Shown here one piece after another: positions 1 through 9,869 of a stretch of 64,000 nucleotides of DNA. The notes beneath the pieces are model-generated. The model was not told the DNA's origin. It did no database searches and was given only the letters and a program-made list of their open reading frames with translations. The stretch comes from a bacterium. Lineage in GTDB: Bacteria; Omnitrophota; Gorgyraeia; Zapsychrales; Zapsychraceae. Each line of letters opens with the position of its first letter. Within the stretch, counting starts at the first letter, position 1. Location of the stretch: positions 1,619 to 65,618 of the forward strand of contig JAUIER010000021.1 of NCBI GenBank assembly GCA_030429765.1. The letters are read 5' to 3'. A program made the translations under genes and the position numbers.

Positions 1-1647
1 GATGTAGATATCACGGCCCGCCAGTTCTAGTGGAGTGTAGGGTTTGACATTCTCGATCTTTTCCGGCGCGTAATACTTATGCGCCAGCAAGGTCGGCAGG
101 ATCTCAATCACCGATCCGACGATAACCGCAATGACAACCAGAACGGTAAAGAGCGCGGATAATCCCTCGAGATAACGGTGTCCCTGTTTGTCGGTCGTGA
201 ATTTACCGAGTGGTGGAGCTGAATACACCTCGGGTTCAGCCGGCTTGGAGGCCTTAATGGTCTTGAAGATGTTGTACATCATGATCACATACCCGGCCAG
301 ATACAGAAACCCGCCAAAGGCCCGCACGTAATACAGCGGAATGATCTTGGTTAAAGTCTCCACAAAGTCGGGATACACCAGGCGTGGCCCTTCCATGGCC
401 CGCCACATGAGCCCTTGGGTGATTCCCGCGGCCCACATCGAAAAGATGTACAAAAGAATCCCGGACATCGCCATCCAGAAATGAACATTTGCCAATTTTT
501 CGCTATAAAGCTCTGTCTTCCACAGCTTCGGCACGACATAGTACAAGATGGCAAAGATCATGAATCCGTTCCAGCCCAGAACCCCGGAATGCACGTGCCC
601 GATAATCCAGTCGGTGAAATGCGCCAGCGCGTTGACGGACTTAATCGACAACAACGGGCCTTCAAACGTGGACATCCCGTAGAACGTCACGGCCGCGACG
701 AGGAATTTGAGGATTGGCTCCTTCCTCACGCGATGCCACGCCCCGCGCATCGTCAACAGACCGTTGATCATCCCGCCCCAGCTCGGTGCCAACAGCATGA
801 TACTGAAGATCATCCCCAATGTTTGTGCCCAATCTGGTAAAGCGGAGTGCAGCAAATGATGCGGTCCGGTCCAGATGTAGATAAACACCAAGGCCCAGAA
901 ATGGATAATCGATAAACGATAGCTGTAGATCGGCCGATTGACCGCCTTGGGCAGATAGTAATACATCAGACCCAGATAAGGTGTTGTCAGGAAAAAGGCC
1001 ACGGCATTATGACCGTACCACCACTGAACCAGTGCGTCCTGGACTCCGGCATATACCGGATAGCTCTTGAATAGTGATACCGGCAGCGCGATGGAGTTGA
1101 CAATATGCAGCAACGCGACCGTTATAATCGAGGCCAGATAAAACCAGATAGCCACATACAGATGGCGTTCACGTCGTCGAGCGATCATCCCAAAGAAATT
1201 GACGGCAAACGCCACCCAGACCACCGCGATTAAGATGTCGATCGGCCATTCAAGTTCCGCGTACTCCTTGCCCGTCGTAATCCCGAGCGGTAAGGTGATT
1301 GCCGCGAGGACAATGATTAATTGCCACCCCCAAAAATGTATCTTGCTCAGTGCATCGGAAAAAATCCGGGTTTTCAATAGTCGCTGCGAAGAATGATACA
1401 CCCCGGCAAAAATCGCGTTACCGGCAAATGCAAAGATGGCCGAATTCGTATGAAGCGGACGCAGACGACCAAATGTGAACCATGGGAGTTTAAAATTCAG
1501 CTGCCAGAAGGCCAGCTGACTAGCGATAAAAACGCCGGCTAACAAGGCCACAGCCCCCCAGATGATGGTCGCGAGGAAAAACAGTTTCGGCGTTTCCTCA
1601 TCGTATGTAAAGTGTTCGAGATTATCTTTGGACTTGGATTGACTCAT
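1..1647 (-). CDS. ccoN: cbb3-type cytochrome c oxidase, fused subunit I/II (CcoNO); 3' end truncated by window edge
   Basis: Absent from the ORF track because there is no stop in the window. Manual translation from ATG 1647 is open to base 1: GRLRPLHT, QWWYGHNAVAF, WTGPHHL, GHVHSG, then without a stop into CcoO-type KPYTPLELAGRDIYI. Confidence 0.93.
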   Translation of the reverse strand, partial: MSQSKSKDNLEHFTYDEETPKLFFLATIIWGAVALLAGVFIASQLAFWQLNFKLPWFTFGRLRPLHTNSAIFAFAGNAIFAGVYHSSQRLLKTRIFSDALSKIHFWGWQLIIVLAAITLPLGITTGKEYAELEWPIDILIAVVWVAFAVNFFGMIARRRERHLYVAIWFYLASIITVALLHIVNSIALPVSLFKSYPVYAGVQDALVQWWYGHNAVAFFLTTPYLGLMYYYLPKAVNRPIYSYRLSIIHFWALVFIYIWTGPHHLLHSALPDWAQTLGMIFSIMLLAPSWGGMINGLLTMRGAWHRVRKEPILKFLVAAVTFYGMSTFEGPLLSIKSVNALAHFTDWIIGHVHSGVLGWNGFMIFAILYYVVPKLWKTELYSEKLANVHFWMAMSGILLYIFSMWAAGITQGLMWRAMEGPRLVYPDFVETLTKIIPLYYVRAFGGFLYLAGYVIMMYNIFKTIKASKPAEPEVYSAPPLGKFTTDKQGHRYLEGLSALFTVLVVIAVIVGSVIEILPTLLAHKYYAPEKIENVKPYTPLELAGRDIYI

Positions 1648-1766
1648 AGGACACCTATTGGTTTAATAACATGTGTTTATCTGATTTATTATTTTGTACC
1701 TTAATATTAAATGAGAAATCAACATTCTTCAAGAGAAATGTCTGTTTTTGATGGGTTTTTATCCAC

Positions 1767-1973
1767 TTATTCATTCGATTTTTCTTCCGGATTATCGGTT
1801 TTAATCTCAGATCGCTCCTGCTCGGGCTGATCGCTTTCATCGTCGATCAGTATCCGATGAGATGGCGTGACAATATCATCATACTGTCCATTCTTAGCCG
1901 CCCAGATGTAGGCGATCAAAAAGCCCAATCCGAATAACAGTGTCATTGGAAACAGCAATGCGATAATTTCCAT
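1767..1973 (-). CDS. ccoS: cbb3-type oxidase maturation protein CcoS
   Basis: 68 aa, single TM then WAAKNGQYDD; lies between ccoI and ccoN. Confidence 0.9.
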   Translation of the reverse strand: MEIIALLFPMTLLFGLGFLIAYIWAAKNGQYDDIVTPSHRILIDDESDQPEQERSEIKTDNPEEKSNE

Positions 1974-1983
1974 TTACCTTCCC

Positions 1984-4383
1984 TCAATTGCGCCGGATAC
2001 GTATGCCGAAATAGGATGATAATAACACCGTCAGTGAACTCACCGGCATAATGATCGCGGCGCCCAGCGGGTTAATCAACCCCATCACCGCGAGAGTGAT
2101 CCCGGCTGCGTTGTACAAAATCGATATCGTCAGATTCCGTTTGACCGTGGATCGTGTGTCCCTTGCCACATCCAGTAATTTGGGTACGGATTCTATGCCA
2201 GGTTTCAATAAGTAAACATCAGACGATCGAAAGCTTACTTCCAGACTGCCCTGCACCGCTATGGAGACAAAAGCCGAGGCCAGCGCGACCGCATCATTGG
2301 CACCATCGCCGATCATGAGCGCCTTGGGCGCATTCTCAATGATCCGCTGCTTGTCTTCCGGATACATCGCGGCCTGAAACTCGCGAATCCCGAGTTGCTG
2401 AGCCACATTCTCCGCTACACTGGTGCTGTCACCAGTGAGCATGGTGACGTCGCCCAAGCGCTTTTGCAAACCGGTAACGGCGCCGTAAGATGACTGGCGA
2501 ATTTCATCACCCAGTCGGATTTGATCAATCAACTCTCCATCGACCAAAACCCCGACTTGCGTGGTGATCACATCGGTGCCTGCTGGACTGCTTGATGGTG
2601 TATGATCCGCCCGAATCTCTAATCGGCGACCATCAATGGTTCCCTGAACCCCTTGACCAATCACTTCTGCGTAATCCGTTAACGTGATCGTATTGACATC
2701 GTCAAGCTGACCCGAGGCATATTGCCGGATCGCGACACCGATCGGATGACGCGATTCTTTTTCCAGGGCGTAGGCCTCGGCATAGAGCGGCTGATGTTCA
2801 TCCTTGGCCCCCCAATTCAGCACCTTGAATCCACCGGTGGTTAATGTACCGGTCTTGTCGATAAATACCTGATCCGTTACGGCCAGTCGCTCAAGCACCT
2901 CGGGTCCTTTGAGCAGCGCGCCGAGTATCGCGCTGCATTTTAATCCGATGGTATACGCAAGCGGTGTCGCCAATGCTAGGGCGCATGGACAGGCTACAAT
3001 AATCAGGGCCAGTGCGCGCTTAAGGCCCTCTTCAAAATCCGACATTCCAAAGAACAATAAAATACCGCCGGCCATCGTGATAACGGCGAGTAAAAACCAT
3101 TTCGCGATGCGATCCGCCAGCGCAACGATCCGGGGCTTTTGTGCCTGCTCGATACTCCGGAAAATTTGTGACAAGCGCGTTTGATCGCCGACGGCTGTTA
3201 CTTCAATGGTAAACTGGCCGCTTTGATTGACCGTTCCCGCAAAGACCTCATGATCCGCGTTGACACGAACCGGGTGCGATTCGCCGGTCAACATGTGCAC
3301 ATCAACAAATCCATCCCCCGCCTTCACAATGCCATCGGCCGGCACCACGTCACCTTCCTGGATCTGCAACCTGTCCTTGAGATGTACTTTGTCGAGCGTC
3401 GTATCCACAAAACGCTGCTGCCCTTCATCCCAGCGATAGACATATTGCGGCATCAGAAACTCACTAAAATGCGCTCCGCCGGAAAATTTTTGATGCAGGC
3501 TTTTAAGAAAATAACGTGTCGATAACAACAGAAAAACAAAGATCGACAAGGAATCATAGTAGACTTCCGTCCGTCCGATACACAGGTGATACGTGCTGGC
3601 GGTGTACCCTAATAGCAGTGCCAAGGAAACCGGGACATCGATGTTGATTTGGCCCAGTCGGACGGCGGCGATGGCGCTCCGGTAAAACGGCCAGGCGCAA
3701 AATGAAATCACCGGCAGCATCAGGACAAAGCTCGACCACAAAAAGATTGTCAGTAATGTCCCTTCTACGCCCGAGTATATCGAGATAAATAAAAGCATGA
3801 TATTACCCGCGCAGAAGCCGGCTGTCCCGACCCTGATTAACTCACGATGAGTCTCACGCCGTCGTATTGACTCAATATCCTGAGAATTTTCTATCGGATG
3901 CGGCGTGTAGCCCAACTGCTGCAAGGTTGTGGCTAGCAAACTGAAGGAGCCATCGGCGGACAGTCTGACGCTCAAGATCGAAGAGCTCATATCCAGCTGC
4001 GCCTGCTCGACACCCGGCACCAGCATACCGATACGCTCAATCAACCACAGGCAGGCCACACAGTGGATTCCCTCCACATAGAATTTCATTTGCAGCTGAT
4101 CCGTACCATACGTGTATTTGAGCCGGTGTTCATCGCTGTCCAGATAATCGTAGCGGTGATCCGACACCGTAACCGGTTGGGACGGTGACAGCAATGGTGC
4201 GTCGCGTTTGATCCGGTAATACTGATCCAGATTATGCTTTGTCAAAATGCGATAGACCATTTTACATCCATCACAGCAAAAGACAGGTTTGTCTTGGGGC
4301 TGCGGCGAAGAAAATGTACGCGCTAGTGGAGTATCACAGTGAGTGCAATACCACGTCATCCGTTTATTCTGCAGTTCCGGCAT
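1984..4383 (-). CDS. ccoI: heavy-metal (Cu) P1B-type ATPase, CcoI/FixI type
   Basis: N-terminal CxHC...CCxGC, HMA CVAC, TGES, CPC, DKTGT and GDGAND motifs. Start moved to ATG 4383 (4359 is an alternative) to avoid overlap with the upstream gene. Confidence 0.9.
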   Translation of the reverse strand: MPELQNKRMTWYCTHCDTPLARTFSSPQPQDKPVFCCDGCKMVYRILTKHNLDQYYRIKRDAPLLSPSQPVTVSDHRYDYLDSDEHRLKYTYGTDQLQMKFYVEGIHCVACLWLIERIGMLVPGVEQAQLDMSSSILSVRLSADGSFSLLATTLQQLGYTPHPIENSQDIESIRRRETHRELIRVGTAGFCAGNIMLLFISIYSGVEGTLLTIFLWSSFVLMLPVISFCAWPFYRSAIAAVRLGQINIDVPVSLALLLGYTASTYHLCIGRTEVYYDSLSIFVFLLLSTRYFLKSLHQKFSGGAHFSEFLMPQYVYRWDEGQQRFVDTTLDKVHLKDRLQIQEGDVVPADGIVKAGDGFVDVHMLTGESHPVRVNADHEVFAGTVNQSGQFTIEVTAVGDQTRLSQIFRSIEQAQKPRIVALADRIAKWFLLAVITMAGGILLFFGMSDFEEGLKRALALIIVACPCALALATPLAYTIGLKCSAILGALLKGPEVLERLAVTDQVFIDKTGTLTTGGFKVLNWGAKDEHQPLYAEAYALEKESRHPIGVAIRQYASGQLDDVNTITLTDYAEVIGQGVQGTIDGRRLEIRADHTPSSSPAGTDVITTQVGVLVDGELIDQIRLGDEIRQSSYGAVTGLQKRLGDVTMLTGDSTSVAENVAQQLGIREFQAAMYPEDKQRIIENAPKALMIGDGANDAVALASAFVSIAVQGSLEVSFRSSDVYLLKPGIESVPKLLDVARDTRSTVKRNLTISILYNAAGITLAVMGLINPLGAAIIMPVSSLTVLLSSYFGIRIRRN

Positions 4384-4414
4384 AGTTGAACCATTGAGTT
4401 GGTGTTCAGACCGT

Positions 4415-5059
4415 CTACCGGGACGGACCTGATGACTTTCCAAACACAATCAGAAGCAGTTGCGGCCAGAACCGGGTAAACGGAAAAACAATTAAGATTA
4501 TGAATCCTGTGATGATATGAAGCTGCATCACATGCGGCAGCACCTGAACCGAATCCAGATGCGGCTGAAATTTTAAAATCGACCAGAGATAAGGTGAAAC
4601 ATTTGACGCGCCCCAGGAAGATCCCCAGCGATATACCGCGGCGGTCCAGCAACCCAGCATCACCTGGGATATCAGCAGGATCTCCATGATCATATCCATC
4701 GAGTTCGCGACGGTCCTGACCCGCGGATTAAACCAGCGGCGGAAAAATATCGATAACAAGGCGGTTAAGAAACCCAGCCCAAATACAAGCCCCGTCACTT
4801 CCAGCAGAACCATCCGTAACGGATCACCGTTAAAGGACAGCACCGCCGATGGAATCATCAAGGCGATGATGTGTCCGAACAGAATCACTAGAAATCCATA
4901 CTTCAATGGGACAACTTCCCAATCCAAATGCTCTCTGAGTTCACGTCGTCGCTCCGGCGTCAGTCTAAACACATGAGATTTGTGCTGAAAATAACTGCCG
5001 ACAAAAAACACAAGGATACTCAGATACGGCAACCAAGCATAAAGGAATTTTTGGGCCAT
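4415..5059 (-). CDS. NarI-like (nitrate reductase gamma subunit family) cytochrome b, retaining only two of four His ligands
   Basis: About 5 TM; LPYLS, FGH, RWGSSW, PYLWS, LHI and FPFTR match the NarI family. No narGHJ nearby. Confidence 0.8.
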   Translation of the reverse strand: MAQKFLYAWLPYLSILVFFVGSYFQHKSHVFRLTPERRRELREHLDWEVVPLKYGFLVILFGHIIALMIPSAVLSFNGDPLRMVLLEVTGLVFGLGFLTALLSIFFRRWFNPRVRTVANSMDMIMEILLISQVMLGCWTAAVYRWGSSWGASNVSPYLWSILKFQPHLDSVQVLPHVMQLHIITGFIILIVFPFTRFWPQLLLIVFGKSSGPSR

Positions 5060-7239
5060 CAGTGTTTCCCTTCCCCTCTACGTTTATACCAAATACAGGA
5101 ATAAATTCCCAGCCATAAGAATACGCCCAGCCAGCCGGAGTACAACATGATACCCGAGTAATTTTTAGGGCTGGCGGATATTGGACGTGAGTTCACGTCC
5201 TTGAGATATGCCGTGATGTCAGTGATTTCATCGTCGGAAATGCTCTTTTTCCCATAGGCATCCATCTTCAACGGCGTGACAGGTTCTCGTAAAAATTGTG
5301 CAATCCCTTCGCTTCCCAGCCGAGAGTAGACGTCAGTCAAATCAGGACCGATGTTTCCGCCCGAAATAATCGACTCGTCCCGAATGCTATGACAACTGAT
5401 GCAGGATGGTCCCGCTCGAGTCAATCGTGCGGTTCCAATAAATAATTTCTTACCCTTTTGTTCAGGGGTCAGCACCAGCTCAAATTTTGGTTTGGAATCA
5501 CGTAATGCCGCGCTAGAAACCGCCGCCGTTGATGCCGCGGCCGCACTCGGCAGAACAGTCGGATTCTCCAGATATTTAATGATAGCTTCCACCTCTTCGT
5601 CTGTCAGATTCAAATCAGCCATCGGCACCTTGTATTCCTCCAGCAGCTCTATGGCGATCGGGTCTTCCTTGAGCATTTCAGACGGCTTTTGGATCATACG
5701 GACCAACCAGTCACGTTCCCGTCGTTGGGTCACATCCTTGAGATCCGGTCCGATCTTTTTGCCCTCACCAATCCCGTGACAGGCCGTGCAATGCATCTGG
5801 AACAAGGCCGCTCCATCATCGGAGGCCACCTCGACCGCCTGGGCCGCCGGTTCGTCCAGCGACTCTTCGCCGGAACCAACCTGGAGGAGAAAGTCCGCCA
5901 CCAACCGAAGCTTTTCATCCCCTAAGTGGGCGAATGACTGCATCTGCGCGAACTCTTCGCGTTTTTTACCCGGATTACGCGCCCAGCGGACAATGCCGTC
6001 GGGATTACCCTTATAAATGTCGTAGATCTCCGTAATCGGCGGCGCCGCAATGACGCGGTCATACGCGTGACAGGCCTTACAATTTTGAACAAAAATAGAA
6101 CGACCGGTTGGCGCGTCTGTGAGCGAATCACCTGCGTCCATCCCGGCAGCCAAACGCATCCGTGTTGCCAGTTCCAGACCGCGAAATTCCTGTGATTTCG
6201 TCTGAATTAATTTCTGATGAAAACGCAGGCTGTTGTTCCGGTATTGCTGTTGTCCCCAGCCAAGGGCAATGAACGCTGTCAAAAATAACAACACAATGAG
6301 CGAATGACGGCGCACACTCATCTGTCCGGCAAACAAATCTTGTGACAATTGGTATATGCTGATCAGGATCAGGGTCAACCCCAATCCGAACATGGTATAC
6401 ACGCCGGCGTCCAGTCCGATACGCGGCAGCGTCAAGACAAACAGCGGTCCAAACACGAGCAAGCCCACCGTCGACCATAGCGTCAGATGATAAAACAATC
6501 CGACAAGCTCTTTCACTGAAAAATCCTTGAGCTCTTTGGACTCCTCAATCTTCAGATGTAAAAATAATCCGGCAAAATACAGACCGGTAAGGCCAAGCGC
6601 GGCCATCAGAAAGGCCGCATATGTCGGAAAGACGTTGCCGATCTCCAATGCTGAGAAGAATCCCTGCACATGAACCCATTTGCCTGGAAACAGCATTAAG
6701 TTCACATTGCTGAGAATGATCAACGGAACAAATCCCAGCACCAGGATCGTCGCGACGCCGACACCGATGTGTCGGGCCTTTTGCGGTCCCCGCCATTTTT
6801 CCCAGGTGAATCGATGAGTGTACGCTAATACAAACCCCAGACACAAGATTGGCGCCAATCCAAGCCACGCCAATCCGGTCAGACTATTGGCGGTATAAAA
6901 CTGGGAGGCGTAACCCGCGCCGATAAAGAGCAACGGACCGATGGCCGAGACAATCGCCAGATTTTTGAACACCGTTACGCAACGGGATATGTACGCGGCC
7001 AATCGATCATAACGCTTGATCCGTAATCCCACACATTCTAAAATCACGCTTAGCAGCAAACTGCCGAAGGTTAATCCAACCAACACCGCATGAATGAATA
7101 CACCGATCACCACGGTGATATCCAAAACTTGAGGCCATACCGGTAAGCCCACCGGAATATCTCTTGGCACCGGTACACTAACGGCCCATGGCAATTGCGT
7201 ATGCAATACGTGCAGGAATGTTGACATCAGCTGGTTCAT
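5059..7239 (-). CDS. polytopic membrane protein fused to three c-type heme domains; C-terminal NarC-like diheme region with TM anchor
   Basis: PRDIP N-terminus, many TM segments, CKACH, CTACH and CISCH, GPDL motifs, C-terminal TM. Confidence 0.8.
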   Translation of the reverse strand: MNQLMSTFLHVLHTQLPWAVSVPVPRDIPVGLPVWPQVLDITVVIGVFIHAVLVGLTFGSLLLSVILECVGLRIKRYDRLAAYISRCVTVFKNLAIVSAIGPLLFIGAGYASQFYTANSLTGLAWLGLAPILCLGFVLAYTHRFTWEKWRGPQKARHIGVGVATILVLGFVPLIILSNVNLMLFPGKWVHVQGFFSALEIGNVFPTYAAFLMAALGLTGLYFAGLFLHLKIEESKELKDFSVKELVGLFYHLTLWSTVGLLVFGPLFVLTLPRIGLDAGVYTMFGLGLTLILISIYQLSQDLFAGQMSVRRHSLIVLLFLTAFIALGWGQQQYRNNSLRFHQKLIQTKSQEFRGLELATRMRLAAGMDAGDSLTDAPTGRSIFVQNCKACHAYDRVIAAPPITEIYDIYKGNPDGIVRWARNPGKKREEFAQMQSFAHLGDEKLRLVADFLLQVGSGEESLDEPAAQAVEVASDDGAALFQMHCTACHGIGEGKKIGPDLKDVTQRRERDWLVRMIQKPSEMLKEDPIAIELLEEYKVPMADLNLTDEEVEAIIKYLENPTVLPSAAAASTAAVSSAALRDSKPKFELVLTPEQKGKKLFIGTARLTRAGPSCISCHSIRDESIISGGNIGPDLTDVYSRLGSEGIAQFLREPVTPLKMDAYGKKSISDDEITDITAYLKDVNSRPISASPKNYSGIMLYSGWLGVFLWLGIYSCIWYKRRGEGKH

Positions 7240-8654
7240 GGTGTCGGCTCCTCACGTTTGAGGTCTATGTCTTGATACTCCACGTCAGGAATCCCCATCA
7301 CCTGCGATCCACGAATGCGCCGACGGTTTTCCTTTATATTGTAAAGGAATGCAGACAGGGCCTTGACCTCATTTGAGTTGCCGGCAAATATCACTTTGTA
7401 AGGATGCGCTGATTCCATGTCACGGATGAAGGCCTGCGCTTGATCCTGTGACCATTGCCGTCCAAAGCGATGATTAAATCCTTTAATCAGACCATTAATA
7501 CCAGCGGCCGTATGACAGCTGGCGCAATTGAGTTTGAAGACGTCCTCACCCGCTTCAATCAGATTTGACTCCTTGGCCAACTTGTTCTGTGCGTATGTGG
7601 AATAGTGGAGAATACCATCCCGCTGGTAGACGGTGATTTCATCGGGACGAAGCTCATTGCTGGTGGAGAAACCGGCGATGGCATGCGGATATTGCAAGGC
7701 CAGCCGTGTCTTTTCAAAATGCCCCAGGATCAACAAACTCAGAAACGCCGGAAAAATCAATAATACCGTGGGGACTTTTTTGGGTTTCTGCATGCCGAAC
7801 AACATCACGATCACGATCGTCGATGAAATGAGGATCAGGACATGCGCGAACTCAAGATAACGGCCGGAAAAGGCCAATCCAGCCAGTGCGACCTCAAGAT
7901 TCGCTTTCATCGACACCGGAAACGCGCTCCAGTACCATTGAGCCCCTGCAATGGCGAATGATAACCAACTAAAGATCCATATCGCGACAGCCCTCACAAT
8001 CCGTCCGCGCAGATCAGAACCCGCTTCTGTATAACGCGCGGCAAAAAACCATATTAACAGCCCACCGGCTATGATTGATGATGTATAGCGATACGCCAGT
8101 TGCGGCCAATACATCGGGTTATAGAACCCGCCGCCCGCCTTGAGATGCAACGTCCAATGGCCGGGTTGGATCATAAATCCCAAAATAGATGAAAACACGC
8201 ACAGCAGGATAAACGCGGTCAGGCAGACGCCATGCCCCATCAGCATGTGACGTTGCTTGGCTTTGGTATCGTCGACTGACGCCCACGTCAAACTGTAGCG
8301 CAGCAAACAAGCGATGAGCCCCATGCCGGCAATCCAGGCGACCACCAACGGCCAGAAGAACACCCGTACAATCACGGCGAGTGTCTGCGGAGCGACCAAG
8401 GACGCGGATAACCACATCCCGATTCCCGCGAACAGTCCCACCGTGGTTACCAGCAAGAACATGACAAACGCGACCCGCTGCACAAAGCGGTCCAATGCAT
8501 CATCGTGATTGCGTGTCGCCATCCATTCAAACAGCACCAGCAATGGAAAACCGCCGATCAGAATCGGATGACTGACGCAAATGTGAATGACGGTCATCAT
8601 TGTCATCAAAAAGCGGTTACCGAAATAGTCCAGGTAGAAAACAGGAAAGTCCAT
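7236..8654 (-). CDS. cytochrome bd subunit I-like membrane protein with C-terminal monoheme cytochrome c
   Basis: ATG 8654 (MDFPVF); HICVSH...GG first helix, GxGMW, PGxW, FYNP; CASCH; ATGA overlap with the next gene. Confidence 0.7.
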   Translation of the reverse strand: MDFPVFYLDYFGNRFLMTMMTVIHICVSHPILIGGFPLLVLFEWMATRNHDDALDRFVQRVAFVMFLLVTTVGLFAGIGMWLSASLVAPQTLAVIVRVFFWPLVVAWIAGMGLIACLLRYSLTWASVDDTKAKQRHMLMGHGVCLTAFILLCVFSSILGFMIQPGHWTLHLKAGGGFYNPMYWPQLAYRYTSSIIAGGLLIWFFAARYTEAGSDLRGRIVRAVAIWIFSWLSFAIAGAQWYWSAFPVSMKANLEVALAGLAFSGRYLEFAHVLILISSTIVIVMLFGMQKPKKVPTVLLIFPAFLSLLILGHFEKTRLALQYPHAIAGFSTSNELRPDEITVYQRDGILHYSTYAQNKLAKESNLIEAGEDVFKLNCASCHTAAGINGLIKGFNHRFGRQWSQDQAQAFIRDMESAHPYKVIFAGNSNEVKALSAFLYNIKENRRRIRGSQVMGIPDVEYQDIDLKREEPTP

Positions 8655-8714
8655 TAACGTTGACCTCCCCACGGTTGTTCGGTGCCGATACGCATCACTA
8701 TTATTTTGTGCCGA

Positions 8715-9869
8715 TTACTCGTCATGATCCGGTCCATCTCTCAAACTAAATAAGGTTCCCTGTTTTGTGAATCTTAAGAACAATCCGATCCAAAGCCCGG
8801 TGATACAGATCAGTGAACTGAAATCCAGCCAGTGCACTTGAGGCTGCGGATACAAAGCCGGTTTGATCTGCCAGTACAAATCAACATACCGCATAATCGC
8901 GATGAGCGTGGCTACAAGACCCAGCGCGAGAAAATTCTCTTTGACCTTGCGAAGCAGTAATAACAGAAACGGCACCACAAAATGCAACGCAATGATCACA
9001 TAGATCCAGGTGAGCCATCCACCCTGTGTACGAACCAGGTACCACGGTGTTTCCTCCTGCAGGTTCCCCGACCAGATAATCAGAAATTGACTGAGACACA
9101 CATACACCCAAACCAGGTTGACACCAAACAAGAGATTACCCAGTTCGGCATTACGTTTGGCCGTATAATTGTTCTCTGTGATAAGCTGATTCTTTTGATA
9201 ATGAACTCCGACAACGATCCCGATAGCCAAAGCCGTCAGCGCGAAGCTGACCATATAAATCATCCCGAAGATCGTGGAGAACCAGTGCGCTTCGAGCGAC
9301 ATAATCAAATCATATGAGCAAAAGCTCACGGTCAAGGCATACACCAGGAGCCCAGCCCCGCTCACGCGCTGGAGCTTAAGCAGCAGTCCTTCATCCAGTG
9401 TGTGATCGTACTTGTCATGCATGTGATACAGGGCGATAAACAGGATGATCCATATGATCATGTAAATCGCCATGCGGGCGATAAAAAACGGTGTATTCAG
9501 ATAAGCCGCCTTGTGTTGCAGGATCGCGTCATGCGCCACGACATCGAGATGCGTCCATTCGTACAGCTCGTGCATGTTAAAGAGAATCGGCAGTGTCAGC
9601 GGCAACATCAGCGCGATATTTTTGATCGACCGGTCCAATAAGTTTCGAACGGCCATCCCCCATCCGCCACCGACGAGGTTGTGGATCATGATCAAAGCGG
9701 AACTCCCGACCGTGATTCCTAACCAAAAGACATACGCCACCAGATAGCCGGACGCAAATTCCTTGGGGCTTGACTGCGCGCCGATAAAGGTCATGATGCC
9801 GGCGATCACCCCGATGGCGAAACATCCGTTCGATACATTATTGATATGTCGTCTAGTTTGCAGATTCAT
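8715..9869 (-). CDS. actF: alternative complex III subunit ActF
   Basis: NrfD-like polytopic protein with HWFSTIFG, SQFLIIWSGN, EETPWY. True start probably MNLQTRR at 9869. Confidence 0.88.
   Translation of the reverse strand: MNLQTRRHINNVSNGCFAIGVIAGIMTFIGAQSSPKEFASGYLVAYVFWLGITVGSSALIMIHNLVGGGWGMAVRNLLDRSIKNIALMLPLTLPILFNMHELYEWTHLDVVAHDAILQHKAAYLNTPFFIARMAIYMIIWIILFIALYHMHDKYDHTLDEGLLLKLQRVSGAGLLVYALTVSFCSYDLIMSLEAHWFSTIFGMIYMVSFALTALAIGIVVGVHYQKNQLITENNYTAKRNAELGNLLFGVNLVWVYVCLSQFLIIWSGNLQEETPWYLVRTQGGWLTWIYVIIALHFVVPFLLLLLRKVKENFLALGLVATLIAIMRYVDLYWQIKPALYPQPQVHWLDFSSLICITGLWIGLFLRFTKQGTLFSLRDGPDHDE

Noticed and set aside
254-1840. Short track ORFs over ccoNO and the 61-aa ORF 1655-1840
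   Set aside because: Shadow frames of ccoNO or ccoS with no motifs; the same applies to most short overlapping ORFs in the track.
4415-5059. Evidence of a nitrate reductase
   Set aside because: No narG, narH or narJ in the window, and the proximal heme ligands are missing.
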